Assembly (NCBI GenBank): GCA_963799485.1
Contig: CAWCXJ010000007.1
Coordinates: 160,001 to 224,000, forward strand
Length of the DNA: 64,000 nt
Reading direction: 5' to 3'
Source: an uncultured Trueperaceae bacterium
GTDB lineage: Bacteria > Deinococcota > Deinococci > Deinococcales > Trueperaceae
Part shown: positions 13,822 through 26,457 of the stretch, piece by piece
How positions within the stretch are numbered: position 1 is the stretch's first letter
How the letters are laid out: every line of letters begins with the position of its first letter
Program-made: the position numbers and the translations under genes
Notes under the pieces: generated by a model
What the model was told of the DNA's origin: nothing
What the model saw: only the letters and a program-made list of their open reading frames with translations
Databases searched by the model: none

Positions 13822-14808
13822 TTACGAAGTCGCAAGTAGATGTTCGACGGCGGTACGTTCCTCGAGCAGCTCTTTCTCGCTCACTTTTAGCTTCTCTTGA
13901 ATAAACGGTGAAAGCTCCAAATCCCCGACCACGGCAACTCGACCCGCCTGGGTCGTAACCGGGAACGAGTAGATAATGCCTTCAGCGACGCCGTAAGCGC
14001 CCTTGCTGAGAACTGCCATGCTCGTCCATGTGCCTTCCGGGGTTCCGTGAACCCAGGTTTGCATATGGTCGATCGCTGCCGATGCTGCCGACGCCGCGCT
14101 CGAGGCTCCCCGCGCTTCGATAATTGCCGCACCCCGTTTTTGTACGGTTGGCATAAAAGTCTCACGCGTCCAGCTTTCGTCAACGACTTCGGTGGCGGCG
14201 CGGCCTGAAACCGTAGCGTGGGTCAAGTCGGGAACCTGCGTACTCGAGTGGTTGCCCCAGATAATCACACCCTGAACATCTTTGACGGCACTTTCTGTCT
14301 TCTCGGCAAGCTGCGCGGTCGCGCGGTTGTGGTCGAGCCGCGTCATCGCACTGAACTGTTCGGGTTTGAGGTCGGGTGCATTGCGCATAGCGATAAGCGC
14401 GTTTGTGTTTGCCGGATTGCCGACGACAAGGACTTTGACGTCGCGGCTCGCCACCTCGTTCAAGGCTCTCCCCTGTTTGGTAAAAATCGCACCGTTGGCA
14501 GCGAGTAAATCCCCGCGTTCCATGCCGGGGCCACGCGGTCTCGAGCCCACCAGCAGCGCGTAGTCGGCATCTTTGAAGGCGACGTTGGCATCATCTGAGG
14601 TCGTAACGCCGTGCAGTAGTGGAAAGGCACAGTCGTTGAGTTCCATTACGACGCCACCGAGTGCGCCCAGCGCAGGCGTAATCTCGAGCAGTTGCAAGAC
14701 AACGGGTTGGTCTTTGCCCAACATTTCACCTGAAGCGATACGAAACAGCAGCGAATAACCAATCTGCCCCGCCGCGCCAGTCACAGCTACTTTTACGGGT
14801 TCATTCAT
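13822..14808 (-). CDS. mdh: Malate dehydrogenase
   Basis: [34 protein letters not shown]. Confidence 0.97.
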   Translation of the reverse strand: MNEPVKVAVTGAAGQIGYSLLFRIASGEMLGKDQPVVLQLLEITPALGALGGVVMELNDCAFPLLHGVTTSDDANVAFKDADYALLVGSRPRGPGMERGDLLAANGAIFTKQGRALNEVASRDVKVLVVGNPANTNALIAMRNAPDLKPEQFSAMTRLDHNRATAQLAEKTESAVKDVQGVIIWGNHSSTQVPDLTHATVSGRAATEVVDESWTRETFMPTVQKRGAAIIEARGASSAASAASAAIDHMQTWVHGTPEGTWTSMAVLSKGAYGVAEGIIYSFPVTTQAGRVAVVGDLELSPFIQEKLKVSEKELLEERTAVEHLLATS

Positions 14809-14896
14809 AGATTTATCCTTTCAAGAATGGCATCGTAGCATCTTGAGGCGTTACAGAACCAGAGGTTTTCAAAACTCGAAACGACTTTACGCTCGA

Positions 14897-14912
14897 TGTT
14901 TCACGTGAAACA
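14897..14912. promoter_or_regulatory. parS site
   Basis: Perfect palindrome TGTTTCACGTGAAACA downstream of parB. Confidence 0.93.
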
Positions 14913-14915
14913 ACT

Positions 14916-14944
14916 TCAGTACCGTAACCTCAGTACCGTAACCT
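14916..14944. repeat. Tandem 14-bp direct repeat x2
   Basis: TCAGTACCGTAACC twice, between parS and the parB stop. Confidence 0.8.
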
Positions 14945-15770
14945 AAGCCTGATAATTGAGTAGCTCGAGCAACCGCTCCAACTCATCACGTGAGGCAAAG
15001 TGAAGTTCGATCTTGCCTTTTTTGCCCCCGGAAACACGAACTTTTGTTCCCACAGTGCGCGAGAGATTTAGCTCGAGGTCGCTATATTGGTTTTCGCTCG
15101 AGCTGCGATCAGCTTGAGCATTTTGTCCCACCGGGCGTTTGAGCCCTTCTGCTTGCCGTACCGAAAGCTGCTTTTCTAAAATCGTAGCAAGTGCCCACGT
15201 CTGATCGTCTTGCGGTTGCGCGAGAATCGCCCGCGCGTGACCGGCGCTGATTTTACCTTCGTCAAGCGCTGTTAGAGCCGCGTGGTCAAGGCGAAGCAAC
15301 CGTAAGGTGTTGGCAACTGCGCTCCGGCTCTTGCCCACCGCGTCGGCAACCGCTTCTTGCGACAAACCGAATTCTAGAAGCTGCTGGAATGCCCGCGCCT
15401 CTTCGACTGCGCTCAGGTCTTCACGCTGGACGTTTTCGATCAGGGCGATCTCGAGGGTTTCCCTGTCGCTGAGCGTTTTAACGACGACCGGCACCGTCGC
15501 TAGACCTACCTGCTGCGCGGCCCGGAAGCGCCTCTCGCCTGCAACGATTTCAAATCCGTTTTCAGCCGGACGCACGAGCAGAGGTTGTAGTACGCCTTTT
15601 TGCGCGACCGAACGTGCAAGTTCAGCGATGCCCTCCGGGTCGAGGCGTTTACGCGGCTGATAAACCGACACTGAGAGTTGCTCGAGCGGTAACTGCTCGG
15701 TACCCCGCTCTTTTTCGACTCTAGGTAAGAGCGCGTCTAAACCCCGACCCAAACTACGCTTCGCTGACAC
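14943..15770 (-). CDS. parB: Chromosome partitioning protein ParB (Spo0J)
   Basis: [31 protein letters not shown]; start set at GTG 15770 after GAGGAGG. Confidence 0.96.
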   Translation of the reverse strand: MSAKRSLGRGLDALLPRVEKERGTEQLPLEQLSVSVYQPRKRLDPEGIAELARSVAQKGVLQPLLVRPAENGFEIVAGERRFRAAQQVGLATVPVVVKTLSDRETLEIALIENVQREDLSAVEEARAFQQLLEFGLSQEAVADAVGKSRSAVANTLRLLRLDHAALTALDEGKISAGHARAILAQPQDDQTWALATILEKQLSVRQAEGLKRPVGQNAQADRSSSENQYSDLELNLSRTVGTKVRVSGGKKGKIELHFASRDELERLLELLNYQA

Positions 15771-16512
15771 GTAAAATGACCTCCTCGGAGAGTTGCCGAT
15801 ACGCCTGCGCCCCGGACGACGCAGGTGCGTAGGCGTAAATGGGTTGACCGTAAGACGGGGCCTCGGCAAGGCGGACGTTACGCGGGATGACCGCCGAAAA
15901 GACGAGCGCTTCAAAATGTTTGCGGACGTTTTCTTCGACCTCTTGCGACAACCTTGTCCGACCATCGAACATCGTAAGCAAGATACCTAAGATGTTTAAG
16001 TTCGGGTTGAGCGAACCGCGCAAGCGCTCGACCGTATCCATCATACTGGCGATGCCCTCGAGCGCGTAGTATTCGGTCTGCAGTGGAATTACAAGGTGGT
16101 CGGCAGCGACGAGTGCGTTGAGTGTGAGTGCACCAAGCGAAGGCGGCGCGTCGACCACGATAAAATCGAAGTTTGGCCTAACCCCGATCAGCGCTTTGGT
16201 GAGCAGCTTCATATTGTCTGTGCTGGCGTCGAGTTCTACCGCTGCGCCGGAAAGCTCCATCGAAGCGGGCAGGACTTTGAGGTTTTCTATATCGGTATCG
16301 GTAATAGCGCGCCGCGCCGAAAGCTCGCCGACGAGAACGTCGTAGATGGTACGTTCTGCGCCCCTAACGCCGACGCCGCTGCTAGCGTTCGCTTGTGGGT
16401 CCATATCGACAAGGAGCACCCGCCGCGTCTCGGCTAGAGCGGCAGCAAGGTTGATCGCGCTTGTCGTCTTGCCGACACCGCCTTTTTGATTGATTACACC
16501 GACGATGGGCAA
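15754..16512 (-). CDS. parA: Chromosome partitioning ATPase ParA (Soj)
   Basis: [29 protein letters not shown]. Confidence 0.96.
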   Translation of the reverse strand: MPIVGVINQKGGVGKTTSAINLAAALAETRRVLLVDMDPQANASSGVGVRGAERTIYDVLVGELSARRAITDTDIENLKVLPASMELSGAAVELDASTDNMKLLTKALIGVRPNFDFIVVDAPPSLGALTLNALVAADHLVIPLQTEYYALEGIASMMDTVERLRGSLNPNLNILGILLTMFDGRTRLSQEVEENVRKHFEALVFSAVIPRNVRLAEAPSYGQPIYAYAPASSGAQAYRQLSEEVILRVSEA

Positions 16513-17081
16513 GGCCGCCCTCCTTGGAGCCGTAACGCTATGAGCTTACCATGCGTTGGCAAAGGTGACAGAAACGTCTCCAAAATCGGCCCGGTGATAG
16601 GCGTAAGCTCAGCTTGTTCGGTAGGGGAGAGGTCGCCACGCCGCGAGACGATGGTAACTGTCTCTGCGTGAAGATGCCGCGTCAGACAGTAAAGAAGCGA
16701 AAACCGCCCGACCGCCTGCGCACAAACCCAGTTGTAGGGCGTGTCTTGCAGCGCCCGCACGTCGTCGGCGACGACCGTGACATGCTCGAGCCCCAGCTGA
16801 CCGACAACCAACTTAAGAAAGCTCGCACGTTTTTGCCTTCTCTCGACCAGCGTCACCTGATGCTGCGGAAAGGCGATAGCAAGCGGAATACCCGGCAACC
16901 CGACACCCGAACCGATATCTAAAATGCGGTCGGCAGGGGAGAGGCGGGAGGAGAGGAACTCAGGGTAAGCTTGAGCCGCGAGCAACTTGGCATCGAGTTC
17001 GGCTACAGCCCGCGCCGACATCAGATCGAGCGTGTGCTGGTACCGGAGGATCAGTGCTTTGTACGCCTCGCGCTTATCCAA
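16494..17081 (-). CDS. rsmG: 16S rRNA m7G527 methyltransferase
   Basis: [16 protein letters not shown]; sits between mnmG and parA; TTG start. Confidence 0.9.
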   Translation of the reverse strand: MDKREAYKALILRYQHTLDLMSARAVAELDAKLLAAQAYPEFLSSRLSPADRILDIGSGVGLPGIPLAIAFPQHQVTLVERRQKRASFLKLVVGQLGLEHVTVVADDVRALQDTPYNWVCAQAVGRFSLLYCLTRHLHAETVTIVSRRGDLSPTEQAELTPITGPILETFLSPLPTHGKLIALRLQGGRPCPSSV

Positions 17082-17083
17082 AA

Positions 17084-18919
17084 CTACCTTGCTACCGCTG
17101 TTTCACGTGAAACACTTGACTGCTTACCTCTGCAATAGACGAGTAGGGCGGTAATATCGCTGTCTCTCACGCCCTGAACACGCTGGGCCGCGCCCAGGGT
17201 TGCAGGCTGAGCGCCCGTCAACGCCTGTCTACCTTCGTGCGACAAACTGGGGATGCCGTCAAACGATAAGCCGGATAAGCTGACCGTTTCGTAACCCCTA
17301 CGCGCCTCGAGTTCGCGGCGACTACGTTCAATATACGAGGCATATTTGACCTGGATTTCGACCTTCTGTTTTTCTCTAACAGACAAGCTTTGCGCCGGTA
17401 AACCGAGTTGCGTTTCCAGCTCGCGGTAGGTCATCCCCGGACGGCAGAGCACTTTGCTGGCTGTTACGCCGCCGAGCTGCACTTTACCCAAACGCTGGAT
17501 TTCGGCTTCGACTCGAGCTTGGCTCGCCTGCTTTCTCTGCAGAGATTCGCCGGACTGCAAACCCCAAGCATGACCCAGTGCCAGCAGACGGTCGTCAGCG
17601 TTGTCCTGACGGTGAAGCAAGCGGTATTCGTTACGCGATGTGAGCATTCGGTACGGCTCGTTGAGACTCCAGCGCACCAGGTCGTCGAGCATCACCCCGA
17701 TGTACCCCTGGTCGCGCCGCACGCTCACGAGCTCTTGTGCTGCCGCAAACCGCGCAGCATTCACGCCTGCAACAAGTCCCTGAGCGGCTGCCTCTTCATA
17801 ACCGCTTGTACCGTTGATCTGTCCGGCGCTAAAAAGCCCCGGCAGGACTTTCGACATGAGCGTGACGCTGAGCTGTGAGGCGTCGAGCGCGTCGTATTCG
17901 ACCGCATAGGCGTAGCGCTGAATCTGGGCATAGGTGAAACCCGGCAGCGTACGAATCATCTCGTCTTGTAAAACAGGCGGCATCGAACTCGAGAACCCCT
18001 GTAAATACACTTCACTCGTCCCACTGCCGTCGGGCTCGACAAATAACAGGTGTCGGTCTTTGTCCGAAAAACGGACGATTTTGTCTTCAATCGAAGGGCA
18101 GTAACGCGGCCCTTGCCCGTGAATCACGCCGCCGTACATCGCTGAGTGCTCGAGGTTTGCTTGAATCAAGGTGTGCGTTTCCGGCGTCGTGTGCGTCAAC
18201 CAGGTCGGGGAACTCGCGGCGTGCTTACCGGGAGTACCGCTAAACGACGCGGGCGGGTCGTCGGCGGGAACGACCTCGAGCCGAGAAAAATCAACCGAAT
18301 CCGCACGAATGCGTGGCGGTGTGCCGGTCTTGAAACGCTGTAAAAGGTGTCCTGTCGCCCGCAAACTGTGCGACAAATGCCGTGCCGGGGCCTCACCCTG
18401 CCGCCCCGCCGGACGCTGCTGTTTACCGTACCAGACCACACCTGCCAAAAACGTGCCGGTACAGAGAACGACACTCGGCGCACGCAACGTGCGACCATCG
18501 GTAAATGAAACACCGCGCAGTACGCCCGCATCCTCGCTAAGAGCAGCGACCTCGCCCAAGACTAGCGTAATGCCGGACGTTTGTACGAGCAGTTTTTGCG
18601 CCGCCGCCGCGTAACCGTCGCGTTCGTTTTGTACCCGTAGCGACTGCACCGCCGGGCCTTTGCTGGCATTGAGGGTGCGGGCGTGAATCGCCGTCTCATC
18701 GGCTAGCTGACCCATCACCCCGCCGAGGGCGTGAAGCTCGAAGACCATCTGCGACTTGCCGGGGCCGCCAATCGCCGGATTGCACGGCATCAAACCGATC
18801 TTGTCGGGGTTAGGGAGGCAAAGCGCAACTGCCGAGCCGAGCCGAGCCGCAGCGGAGGCCGCCTCGATTCCGGCGTGCCCGCCGCCGATTACGATTACGT
18901 CGAAAGTAGAACGCGTCAT
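17084..18919 (-). CDS. mnmG: tRNA uridine-5-carboxymethylaminomethyl modification enzyme
   Basis: VIGGGHAGIEA, CNPAIGG, GPRYCPSIEDK, AGQINGTSGYEEAAAQG; start ATG 18919 or GTG 18922. Confidence 0.96.
   Translation of the reverse strand: MTRSTFDVIVIGGGHAGIEAASAAARLGSAVALCLPNPDKIGLMPCNPAIGGPGKSQMVFELHALGGVMGQLADETAIHARTLNASKGPAVQSLRVQNERDGYAAAAQKLLVQTSGITLVLGEVAALSEDAGVLRGVSFTDGRTLRAPSVVLCTGTFLAGVVWYGKQQRPAGRQGEAPARHLSHSLRATGHLLQRFKTGTPPRIRADSVDFSRLEVVPADDPPASFSGTPGKHAASSPTWLTHTTPETHTLIQANLEHSAMYGGVIHGQGPRYCPSIEDKIVRFSDKDRHLLFVEPDGSGTSEVYLQGFSSSMPPVLQDEMIRTLPGFTYAQIQRYAYAVEYDALDASQLSVTLMSKVLPGLFSAGQINGTSGYEEAAAQGLVAGVNAARFAAAQELVSVRRDQGYIGVMLDDLVRWSLNEPYRMLTSRNEYRLLHRQDNADDRLLALGHAWGLQSGESLQRKQASQARVEAEIQRLGKVQLGGVTASKVLCRPGMTYRELETQLGLPAQSLSVREKQKVEIQVKYASYIERSRRELEARRGYETVSLSGLSFDGIPSLSHEGRQALTGAQPATLGAAQRVQGVRDSDITALLVYCRGKQSSVSRETAVAR
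17099..17114. promoter_or_regulatory. parS site inside 3' end of mnmG
   Basis: Perfect TGTTTCACGTGAAACA, encoding VSRET. Confidence 0.92.
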
Positions 18920-19119
18920 CACCCTACACTCTATAAGGTCGGCGGAGGTTTTGCGGTCGCCCCGAGTCCCGGGCTGAAGAGCGCCTACAAGGTATTGGTT
19001 TTTTCGCAAACAGCCAATGCCAACGTGGCGGGCGCAGATTTGTTAGACTAGCGCCCTATCTCCCGCTGGCCCTGTAAATACGATAACAAGCTGCCGGGGC
19101 GTACAGGGAAAAGGACGCG

Positions 19120-20451
19120 ATGAGGCAAGAAAATGCTATCTGGCAGGACATCCTAGAGTATGTACAGACCCAGATTCCCGAGGTCGAGTTTCGCACCTGG
19201 TTCAAGCAGGTACGCCCGCTAGGAATCGACGACGGCATCTTCATGATCGGGGTACCGCATTCGTTCGCGCGGGAATGGCTTAAGAACCACTATGCCCCGG
19301 TACTCGAGCACGCCCTTAAAGACCTCGGGGCGGCGTCCCCACGGGTCGGCTTTCAGGTCGTTCACTTTCCCAGTTCCGAGCAACCCGACATCTTTCAGCC
19401 GAGCGCACAAACTAGCGCTACGCCTGCGGTCAACCGTCCACGGCTTAACCCCAAATATATCTTTTCCAACTTTGTCGTCGGACAAAATAACAATTTGGCG
19501 AGCGCGGCGGCCCTTGCCGTCGCCGAAGCGCCCGGACGCGCCTACAACCCGCTCTTTATCTACGGCGACTCGGGGCTCGGCAAAACCCACCTGATGCACG
19601 CAGTCGGGCACGCGGTTGCCGAGCGGTTGCCGAACCTGCTGATCGAGTACGTCACGACCGAAGCATTTACCAACGACACCATCAACGCCATCCGTGAGGA
19701 CAAGATGGTGGCGTTTCGTGACCGCTACCGCAGTATCGACCTGCTGCTCGTCGACGACGTACAGTTTATCGCGGGTAAAGAGCGCACACAAGAAGAGTTT
19801 TTTCACACCTTTAACGCGCTTTACGAATCGGGCAAACAGATTATCGTTTCGTCTGACCGCCCGCCCAAAGATATTCCGACGCTCGAGAACCGCCTCCGTA
19901 CCCGTTTCGAATGGGGGCTGATTACCGACATTCAAGCACCTGAACTCGAGACGCGTATCGCTATCTTGAAGATGAACGCCGAGTACCGGGGCGTTAAAAT
20001 TCCCCCGGAAGTCATCGACTATATCGCCCGTCAAGTCACCTCGAATATCCGGGAACTCGAGGGGGCGTTGGTGCGCGTCATTTTGTACACCAGCATGAAC
20101 CAGATTGAACTAAACCGGCAAACGGTCGCCGCTGCCCTTTCAGACGTTTACGCACCGAGTGAGCTGAACCTGACGATGGATGAGATTCTCGACGCGACCG
20201 CGTTCGCCTTCGAGGTCGAAGCAGGCGATTTACGCTCGAAAGGGCGACGGCACGAACTCGTAATTCCGCGGCAGGTAGCAATGTACCTGATGCGTGAGTT
20301 TACCACCCACTCATATCCAGAAATCGGTCAGTTTTTTAGTGGTCGCGACCATTCGACGGTTGTTTACGCCGTGCAAAAAGTTACCGAACAACTTTCTAAA
20401 GACCGCGACCTCGAGGAACGTATCCAGACGGTTAAAGGTGCCTTGTTGTGA
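19120..20451 (+). CDS. dnaA: Chromosomal replication initiator DnaA
   Basis: [39 protein letters not shown]. Confidence 0.98.
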   Translation: MRQENAIWQDILEYVQTQIPEVEFRTWFKQVRPLGIDDGIFMIGVPHSFAREWLKNHYAPVLEHALKDLGAASPRVGFQVVHFPSSEQPDIFQPSAQTSATPAVNRPRLNPKYIFSNFVVGQNNNLASAAALAVAEAPGRAYNPLFIYGDSGLGKTHLMHAVGHAVAERLPNLLIEYVTTEAFTNDTINAIREDKMVAFRDRYRSIDLLLVDDVQFIAGKERTQEEFFHTFNALYESGKQIIVSSDRPPKDIPTLENRLRTRFEWGLITDIQAPELETRIAILKMNAEYRGVKIPPEVIDYIARQVTSNIRELEGALVRVILYTSMNQIELNRQTVAAALSDVYAPSELNLTMDEILDATAFAFEVEAGDLRSKGRRHELVIPRQVAMYLMREFTTHSYPEIGQFFSGRDHSTVVYAVQKVTEQLSKDRDLEERIQTVKGALL

Positions 20452-20788
20452 CAAAAAACTTTCTCATAACGTCTATTTTTACTCATTTTTCATATATTTC
20501 ACTCACGAATAATTGTGGATAACCCTGTGGATAAGCTGTGGATAAGCTGTGGATAAGCTGTGGATAAATCCAGCTTTTTATCAGCCTGTGGATAGCTGTG
20601 GATAACTTCGGTACTTATCCACAGGTAAGGGCGAGTTATCCACAAAGTTATCCACAGGTACTTCGCCGTGCTGAACAGGCCAAATGGCAGTTATCCACAC
20701 TATCCACAGCCCCTACTATAGAGAGTTTTTCTTTTCAACCTGTGGAGATTTCAAAGTCATCCCCCGAACGCCTTAAGGGAGTTTTCTC
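20452..20788. other. Replication origin oriC
   Basis: 10 perfect DnaA boxes (TGTGGATAA at 20514, 20526, 20537, 20548, 20559, 20597; TTATCCACA at 20615, 20636, 20648, 20691), 1-mismatch boxes at 20587 and 20700, AT-rich tract 20452-20513, located between dnaA and dnaN. Confidence 0.95.
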
Positions 20789-21874
20789 ATGATCGCACAC
20801 GTCTCAAGAAAAAAACTAGCCGATGCACTTGGCAGTGTCGAACGTATCGTGCCAAGTCGAAGTAGCAACCCCAGTTTGAGTTTGGTCAAGCTTACGTTAG
20901 GTCAGGGTCTACTTACCTTGAGCGGAAGCAACCTCGATATCGATATCGAGGCTTCTTTAGACGTGGATACTAAAGACGAAGGAACTTGGGCACTTCCGGC
21001 GCAGGTTTTTAGCCAAGTTGTCCGGGCGCTGCCGGGTGAACTCGTCGAGTTGTCGTTTGAAGCAGCCGAACTCGAGCTTCAAGCCGGGTCTTACGCGACC
21101 AAACTGCAACTCGTCGAAGCGGCGCTGCCGTCTTTGACGTTTCCAGCAAGCTACAGTGGCAGCTTTTCCGGTGACCGGCTGGCGACTGCCCTGACGCACG
21201 TACGTTACGCCGCGGCGGTCGCCGAGTATCAGGCCATCTTTCGGGGGGTACGGCTCGAGTTCGATGACCGCCATATTCGGGCGGTTGCGACCGACGGTTT
21301 CAGGCTCGCGTACTACCATATCGACGATGCTGCTGGTTTAAGCGGTGAGGTCGTGTTGCCTGCACGCAGCGTCGACGAACTTGCCAAGGTGCTCACCACC
21401 GAAGCGGCGAAGCTCGCGCTCTCAGAAGGTCAGCTCTCGCTTGCAACCGGCCCTTACAAGCTCAATCTCAAACTGATGGAAGGCGCGTTTCCCGACTATC
21501 AGCGGGTAATTCCCAGCGAGTTTCCGGTCAGCGTCGTTGTCAGTGCTAAAGAGCTGCTCGAAGGGGTGCAGCGCGTGGCGGTGATGGCCGACAGGACGGC
21601 GAACAACCGCGTTGACCTGTTTATCCGGGGTGGTGCTATCCAAGTCACTGCCGAAGGCGCTTACGGGCGCTCTCAGGAGGCACTGGCGGTCGCGCAAGAA
21701 GGCAGCGAGTCGGAAATTGCCCTGGCTTACAACGCCGACTATCTTTTGAGTGCGCTCAGACCGGTCGCAGGCGACGTGCGCTTCTCGTTTTCCGGGCCGA
21801 CCAGTCCGAGTGTTCTCTCGAGCCTGCAAGACCCCAGCTACCTGGCGATGGTCGTGCCGCTCCGCACCGGCTGA
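20789..21874 (+). CDS. dnaN: DNA polymerase III beta clamp
   Basis: VATDGFRLA, GAFPDYQRVIP, MVVPLR; follows dnaA. Confidence 0.96.
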   Translation: MIAHVSRKKLADALGSVERIVPSRSSNPSLSLVKLTLGQGLLTLSGSNLDIDIEASLDVDTKDEGTWALPAQVFSQVVRALPGELVELSFEAAELELQAGSYATKLQLVEAALPSLTFPASYSGSFSGDRLATALTHVRYAAAVAEYQAIFRGVRLEFDDRHIRAVATDGFRLAYYHIDDAAGLSGEVVLPARSVDELAKVLTTEAAKLALSEGQLSLATGPYKLNLKLMEGAFPDYQRVIPSEFPVSVVVSAKELLEGVQRVAVMADRTANNRVDLFIRGGAIQVTAEGAYGRSQEALAVAQEGSESEIALAYNADYLLSALRPVAGDVRFSFSGPTSPSVLSSLQDPSYLAMVVPLRTG

Positions 21875-21970
21875 TACTGCTGCACACCGGTCGGAACTTT
21901 CTGGAGGCAGCTATCAAGTCATCGGGTTAAGGTAGAGGAAGTGCGTCATTTATGCAGAGGTCAGAAGTAG

Positions 21971-23292
<1,322 letters not shown>

Positions 23293-23293
<1 letters not shown>

Positions 23294-24750
23294 TGCAACT
23301 CGTCAGACGCACAAAAATCGTGGCGACGCTTGGCCCGGCGAGCAGCGACCCGAAGGTCATCAAACGGCTCATAGAAGCGGGCGTCAATGTTTTTCGGCTC
23401 AACTTTTCGCACGGCAGCCGCGAGATGCACCAGAACAACGTCGAGTTTATCCGCACCGAAGCGGAGCGGTTGGGCAGCCCGGTCGGTATTTTGCAAGATT
23501 TACAGGGGCCGAAAATCCGCACGGCGACCTTTGCCGAAGGCAAAGTCATGCTTACCGAAGGGCAGAGCTTTCTGCTAACCTGCGGCGACAACAGCCCCGG
23601 AGACGCGACGCGGGTCGGCGTGACCTACACGAACCTCTACACCGACGTAAAGGTCGGCGACGCGTTGCTATTAGACGATGGACGCTTGGCGCTCCGCGTT
23701 ACCGGCTTGCGCGGTGAAACGATAGAGACCGAGGTCACGCTTGGCGGAGTTTTATCGAACAACAAGGGCATCAATATCCCCGACGCCGACCTGAGCATTC
23801 CGGCGATTACCGACAAAGACATGGAAGATCTGCTCTTTGGGGCCGAACTCGAGGTCGATTGGGTGGCCATCAGCTTCGTCCGGAGCCGTGACGATTTGCT
23901 CTTGGCGCGTCACTACCTGGCGCGAGCCGGGTCACGCGCCAAACTTATGGCAAAAATCGAAAAACCTTCGGCTGTCGCACGCTTTGACGAGATTTTAGAA
24001 GAAGTTGATGGGATTATGGTCGCGCGCGGTGACTTGGGTGTCGAGCTGCCCCCCGAACAAGTTCCGCTGATTCAAAAAAAGCTTATCCGGGCGTGTACGC
24101 GGGTCGGTAAGCCGGTTGTGACTGCGACGCAGATGCTGGAAAGCATGATCTCGAGCCCGACCCCGACCCGCGCCGAAGCCTCGGACGTTGCCAACGCCAT
24201 TTACGACGGTACCGACGCGATTATGCTCTCCGCTGAAACCGCTGTCGGGAACTACCCTATCGAGGCGGTCAAGATGATGGTGCGGATTGCGCGTTCGGTC
24301 GAAAGTGACCCGAACTACCAGGCCGACATGCGTGAACGCTATCCCGAGCCCGACTCGACCACCGCCGACGCCGTATCTTTGGCTGCTTGTCAAATGGCAC
24401 ACTTTATCTCGGCCAAGATGATTGTGACGTTCACCTCAACCGGAACGACCGCGCAGCGGGTCGCGCACAATCGTCCGGCGTCACCAATTTTTGCCCTAAC
24501 GCCCAGCGAACGTGCTTACCGTCAGCTCAGCATTGTTTGGGGGGTTATTCCGTCGCTGTCGCAAGAGGTTTACACTACCGACGAGATGGTTGAAGTCGCT
24601 AACGCCAAGCTCGTCGAGATTATGAGGCAGATTACCGACATCAGTGTCGGCGACCGCTACGTGATTACCGCCGGGGTACCTTTCGGGATGCGCGGTTCGA
24701 CCAACCTCATCCGCATCGAAACCGTTCGCGGCGAAACAAAAAGCAGCTGA
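23293..24750 (+). CDS. pyk: Pyruvate kinase
   Basis: TKIVATLGPAS, RLNFSHG, MVARGDLG, ATQMLESM. Confidence 0.98.
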
Positions 24751-24760
24751 CGAAAACGTA

Positions 24761-24788
24761 AAAATCCCTCACAAACGTGGGGGATTTT
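24761..24788. terminator. Bidirectional intrinsic terminator between pyk and rplI
   Basis: AAAATCCCTCAC-AAAC-GTGGGGGATTTT. Confidence 0.8.
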
Positions 24789-24809
24789 ATTTTGCCGACG
24801 TGTAAGCCT

Positions 24810-25253
24810 TTACTCGGCGCTGACGTTGACCTTGAGGTCGATAGGGACTTCAGGGTGAGGTTTGTAAACGACGATGTACTCGCCGAGCGTTTTGATCGGG
24901 TCGCCTAGCTCGAGTTTACGGCGGTCGATCTCGACATCAAAACGCTGCTCTAGCACCTCGGCGATGTCACGACTCGTAACCGAACCGTAGATACGGTCCT
25001 CACCGGCGCGCACCTTGATATCGACCGTAGCGTCGGCGAGCATCTCGCGGAGGCGTTCGGCGTCGGCTTTGCGGGCCGCGAGCTGTTTCGCGCGTTGCGC
25101 GAGCCGCGCGTCGAGTTCGCGCTGATTGGCCTGCGTCGCAGGCAAGGCGAGGCCGCGCGGAACTAGGAAGTTACGGGCATAACCGGGTTTTACGGTGACG
25201 AGCGCGCCGGCTTCACCGAGGCGATCAACGGGCTCGAGCAGAATAACGTTCAT
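24810..25253 (-). CDS. rplI: 50S ribosomal protein L9
   Basis: VKPGYARNFLVP, GSVT. Confidence 0.97.
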   Translation of the reverse strand: MNVILLEPVDRLGEAGALVTVKPGYARNFLVPRGLALPATQANQRELDARLAQRAKQLAARKADAERLREMLADATVDIKVRAGEDRIYGSVTSRDIAEVLEQRFDVEIDRRKLELGDPIKTLGEYIVVYKPHPEVPIDLKVNVSAE

Positions 25254-25278
25254 AGGTGATACCTCTGGCTACGCGTGT

Positions 25279-25569
25279 TCACTTGCGTACCAGCTTCTCG
25301 GTAATCGGGATAATTGCCAGGACGCGCGCTTCTTTAATGGTGTTGGCAAGCCTACGCTGGTGCTTGGCGCACACCCCGGTGCGGCGGCGCGGCAAAATCT
25401 TGGCGGTATCCGAGATAAAGCGGCGGAGCATCCGGGCGTCGCGGTACGCGGTCACTTCCTGCTCACCCGTACAAAACGGGCAGACTTTGGGCCGACGGCC
25501 CCGGCGACCACCACGGCGGTCGTCGCGGTCGCGCTTGCTGCTGTTGCGTGCTGCGGGTCTTTGTGCCAT
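25279..25569 (-). CDS. rpsR: 30S ribosomal protein S18
   Basis: CPFC, KILPRRRTGVCAKHQR (Zn-binding type). Confidence 0.97.
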   Translation of the reverse strand: MAQRPAARNSSKRDRDDRRGGRRGRRPKVCPFCTGEQEVTAYRDARMLRRFISDTAKILPRRRTGVCAKHQRRLANTIKEARVLAIIPITEKLVRK

Positions 25570-26409
25570 CTAGAAAGGTAAATCCTCTTCCGGTGGAAAC
25601 TCTTCGTCGATGTCCAGCCGGGGACGGCTGGGCTGACTTTGCTCCTGACTCTTCTGGACGCCCGTTTGTGACGGGCGGGCGCTGGTGCCACCACCACCAG
25701 GGCCACGAGTCAGATATTCGATACGGCTACCCTCGAGCTTGTTTTTATACTGCCGGTTGCCCTCTTTGTCCGTCCAGTTATCGGTGACGAAGCGTCCCAT
25801 AATCAAAACCGGATCGCCTTTGGCGAGTTCGGCTGAAGCCTCGGCAAGCTCGCGCCACACGTCGACGTCAACGTAGTGCGTGCGTTCTTGCCACTCCCCT
25901 TTAGCTTGGTACGACTCGTTGACGGCGACGCTCAGCCGTGCAACTGCGCTGCCGGTCGGCGTATACCGGAGTTCGGCGTCACGGGTCAGGTTGCCGATAA
26001 TGACCACCTGATTGAGAGCGTTTTTAAGCCGGGCTTGCCCGCGCGCGTCGGTTACAGTCGCCTCACCCTTGCGGTTGCCTAGAGTCAGCGAGGACACCCG
26101 CGCGGCGGTGACGTCGAGCGAGCTGCGACGTTGACCTTCCGGGCTGTCCCATGAGCGAAAGTTAAGTCGCCCTTCGACAAACACCGGACTTCCGACCTCG
26201 AGGCTTTCGACGAGCCCTTCAGCCGCAGCGCCGAAAACGGTGACGCGGTGATACCAGGCCAGTTCTCTCGTCTGACCGTCCTCCCCGGTTACGTGGTCGT
26301 TGCCGGCCAAGTTGAGGGTCAAAATCGCCAGACCACCTGCGGTGTAACGCATCTCGGGGGTTTGCGTAAGGGTACCGATCAGTAAAACGCTATTTAGCCC
26401 ACGGGCCAT
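25570..26409 (-). CDS. ssb: Single-stranded DNA-binding protein, two-OB-fold Deinococcus-Thermus type
   Basis: Two repeats (LNSVLLIGTLT..EMRYT; LNQVVIIGNLTRDAELRYT) and EEDLPF tail. Confidence 0.97.
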   Translation of the reverse strand: MARGLNSVLLIGTLTQTPEMRYTAGGLAILTLNLAGNDHVTGEDGQTRELAWYHRVTVFGAAAEGLVESLEVGSPVFVEGRLNFRSWDSPEGQRRSSLDVTAARVSSLTLGNRKGEATVTDARGQARLKNALNQVVIIGNLTRDAELRYTPTGSAVARLSVAVNESYQAKGEWQERTHYVDVDVWRELAEASAELAKGDPVLIMGRFVTDNWTDKEGNRQYKNKLEGSRIEYLTRGPGGGGTSARPSQTGVQKSQEQSQPSRPRLDIDEEFPPEEDLPF

Positions 26410-26457
26410 GATGTTTCCTCCTGGAGTCTTGGGTTGGGGTAAGTATAGATTCGAGTC

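Noticed and set aside
19219..20034. 271-aa minus-strand ORF
   Set aside because: Antisense shadow of dnaA; likewise 31828-32634, 41981-42589 and 56697-57425 over real genes.
20514..20567. TGTGGATAAGC tandem array as a CRISPR or VNTR
   Set aside because: Units are DnaA boxes with 2-3 nt gaps; no unique spacers and no cas genes.
20598..20792. 64-aa ORF with YPQ repeats
   Set aside because: It is a translation of oriC DnaA boxes; the same applies to 49139-49426.
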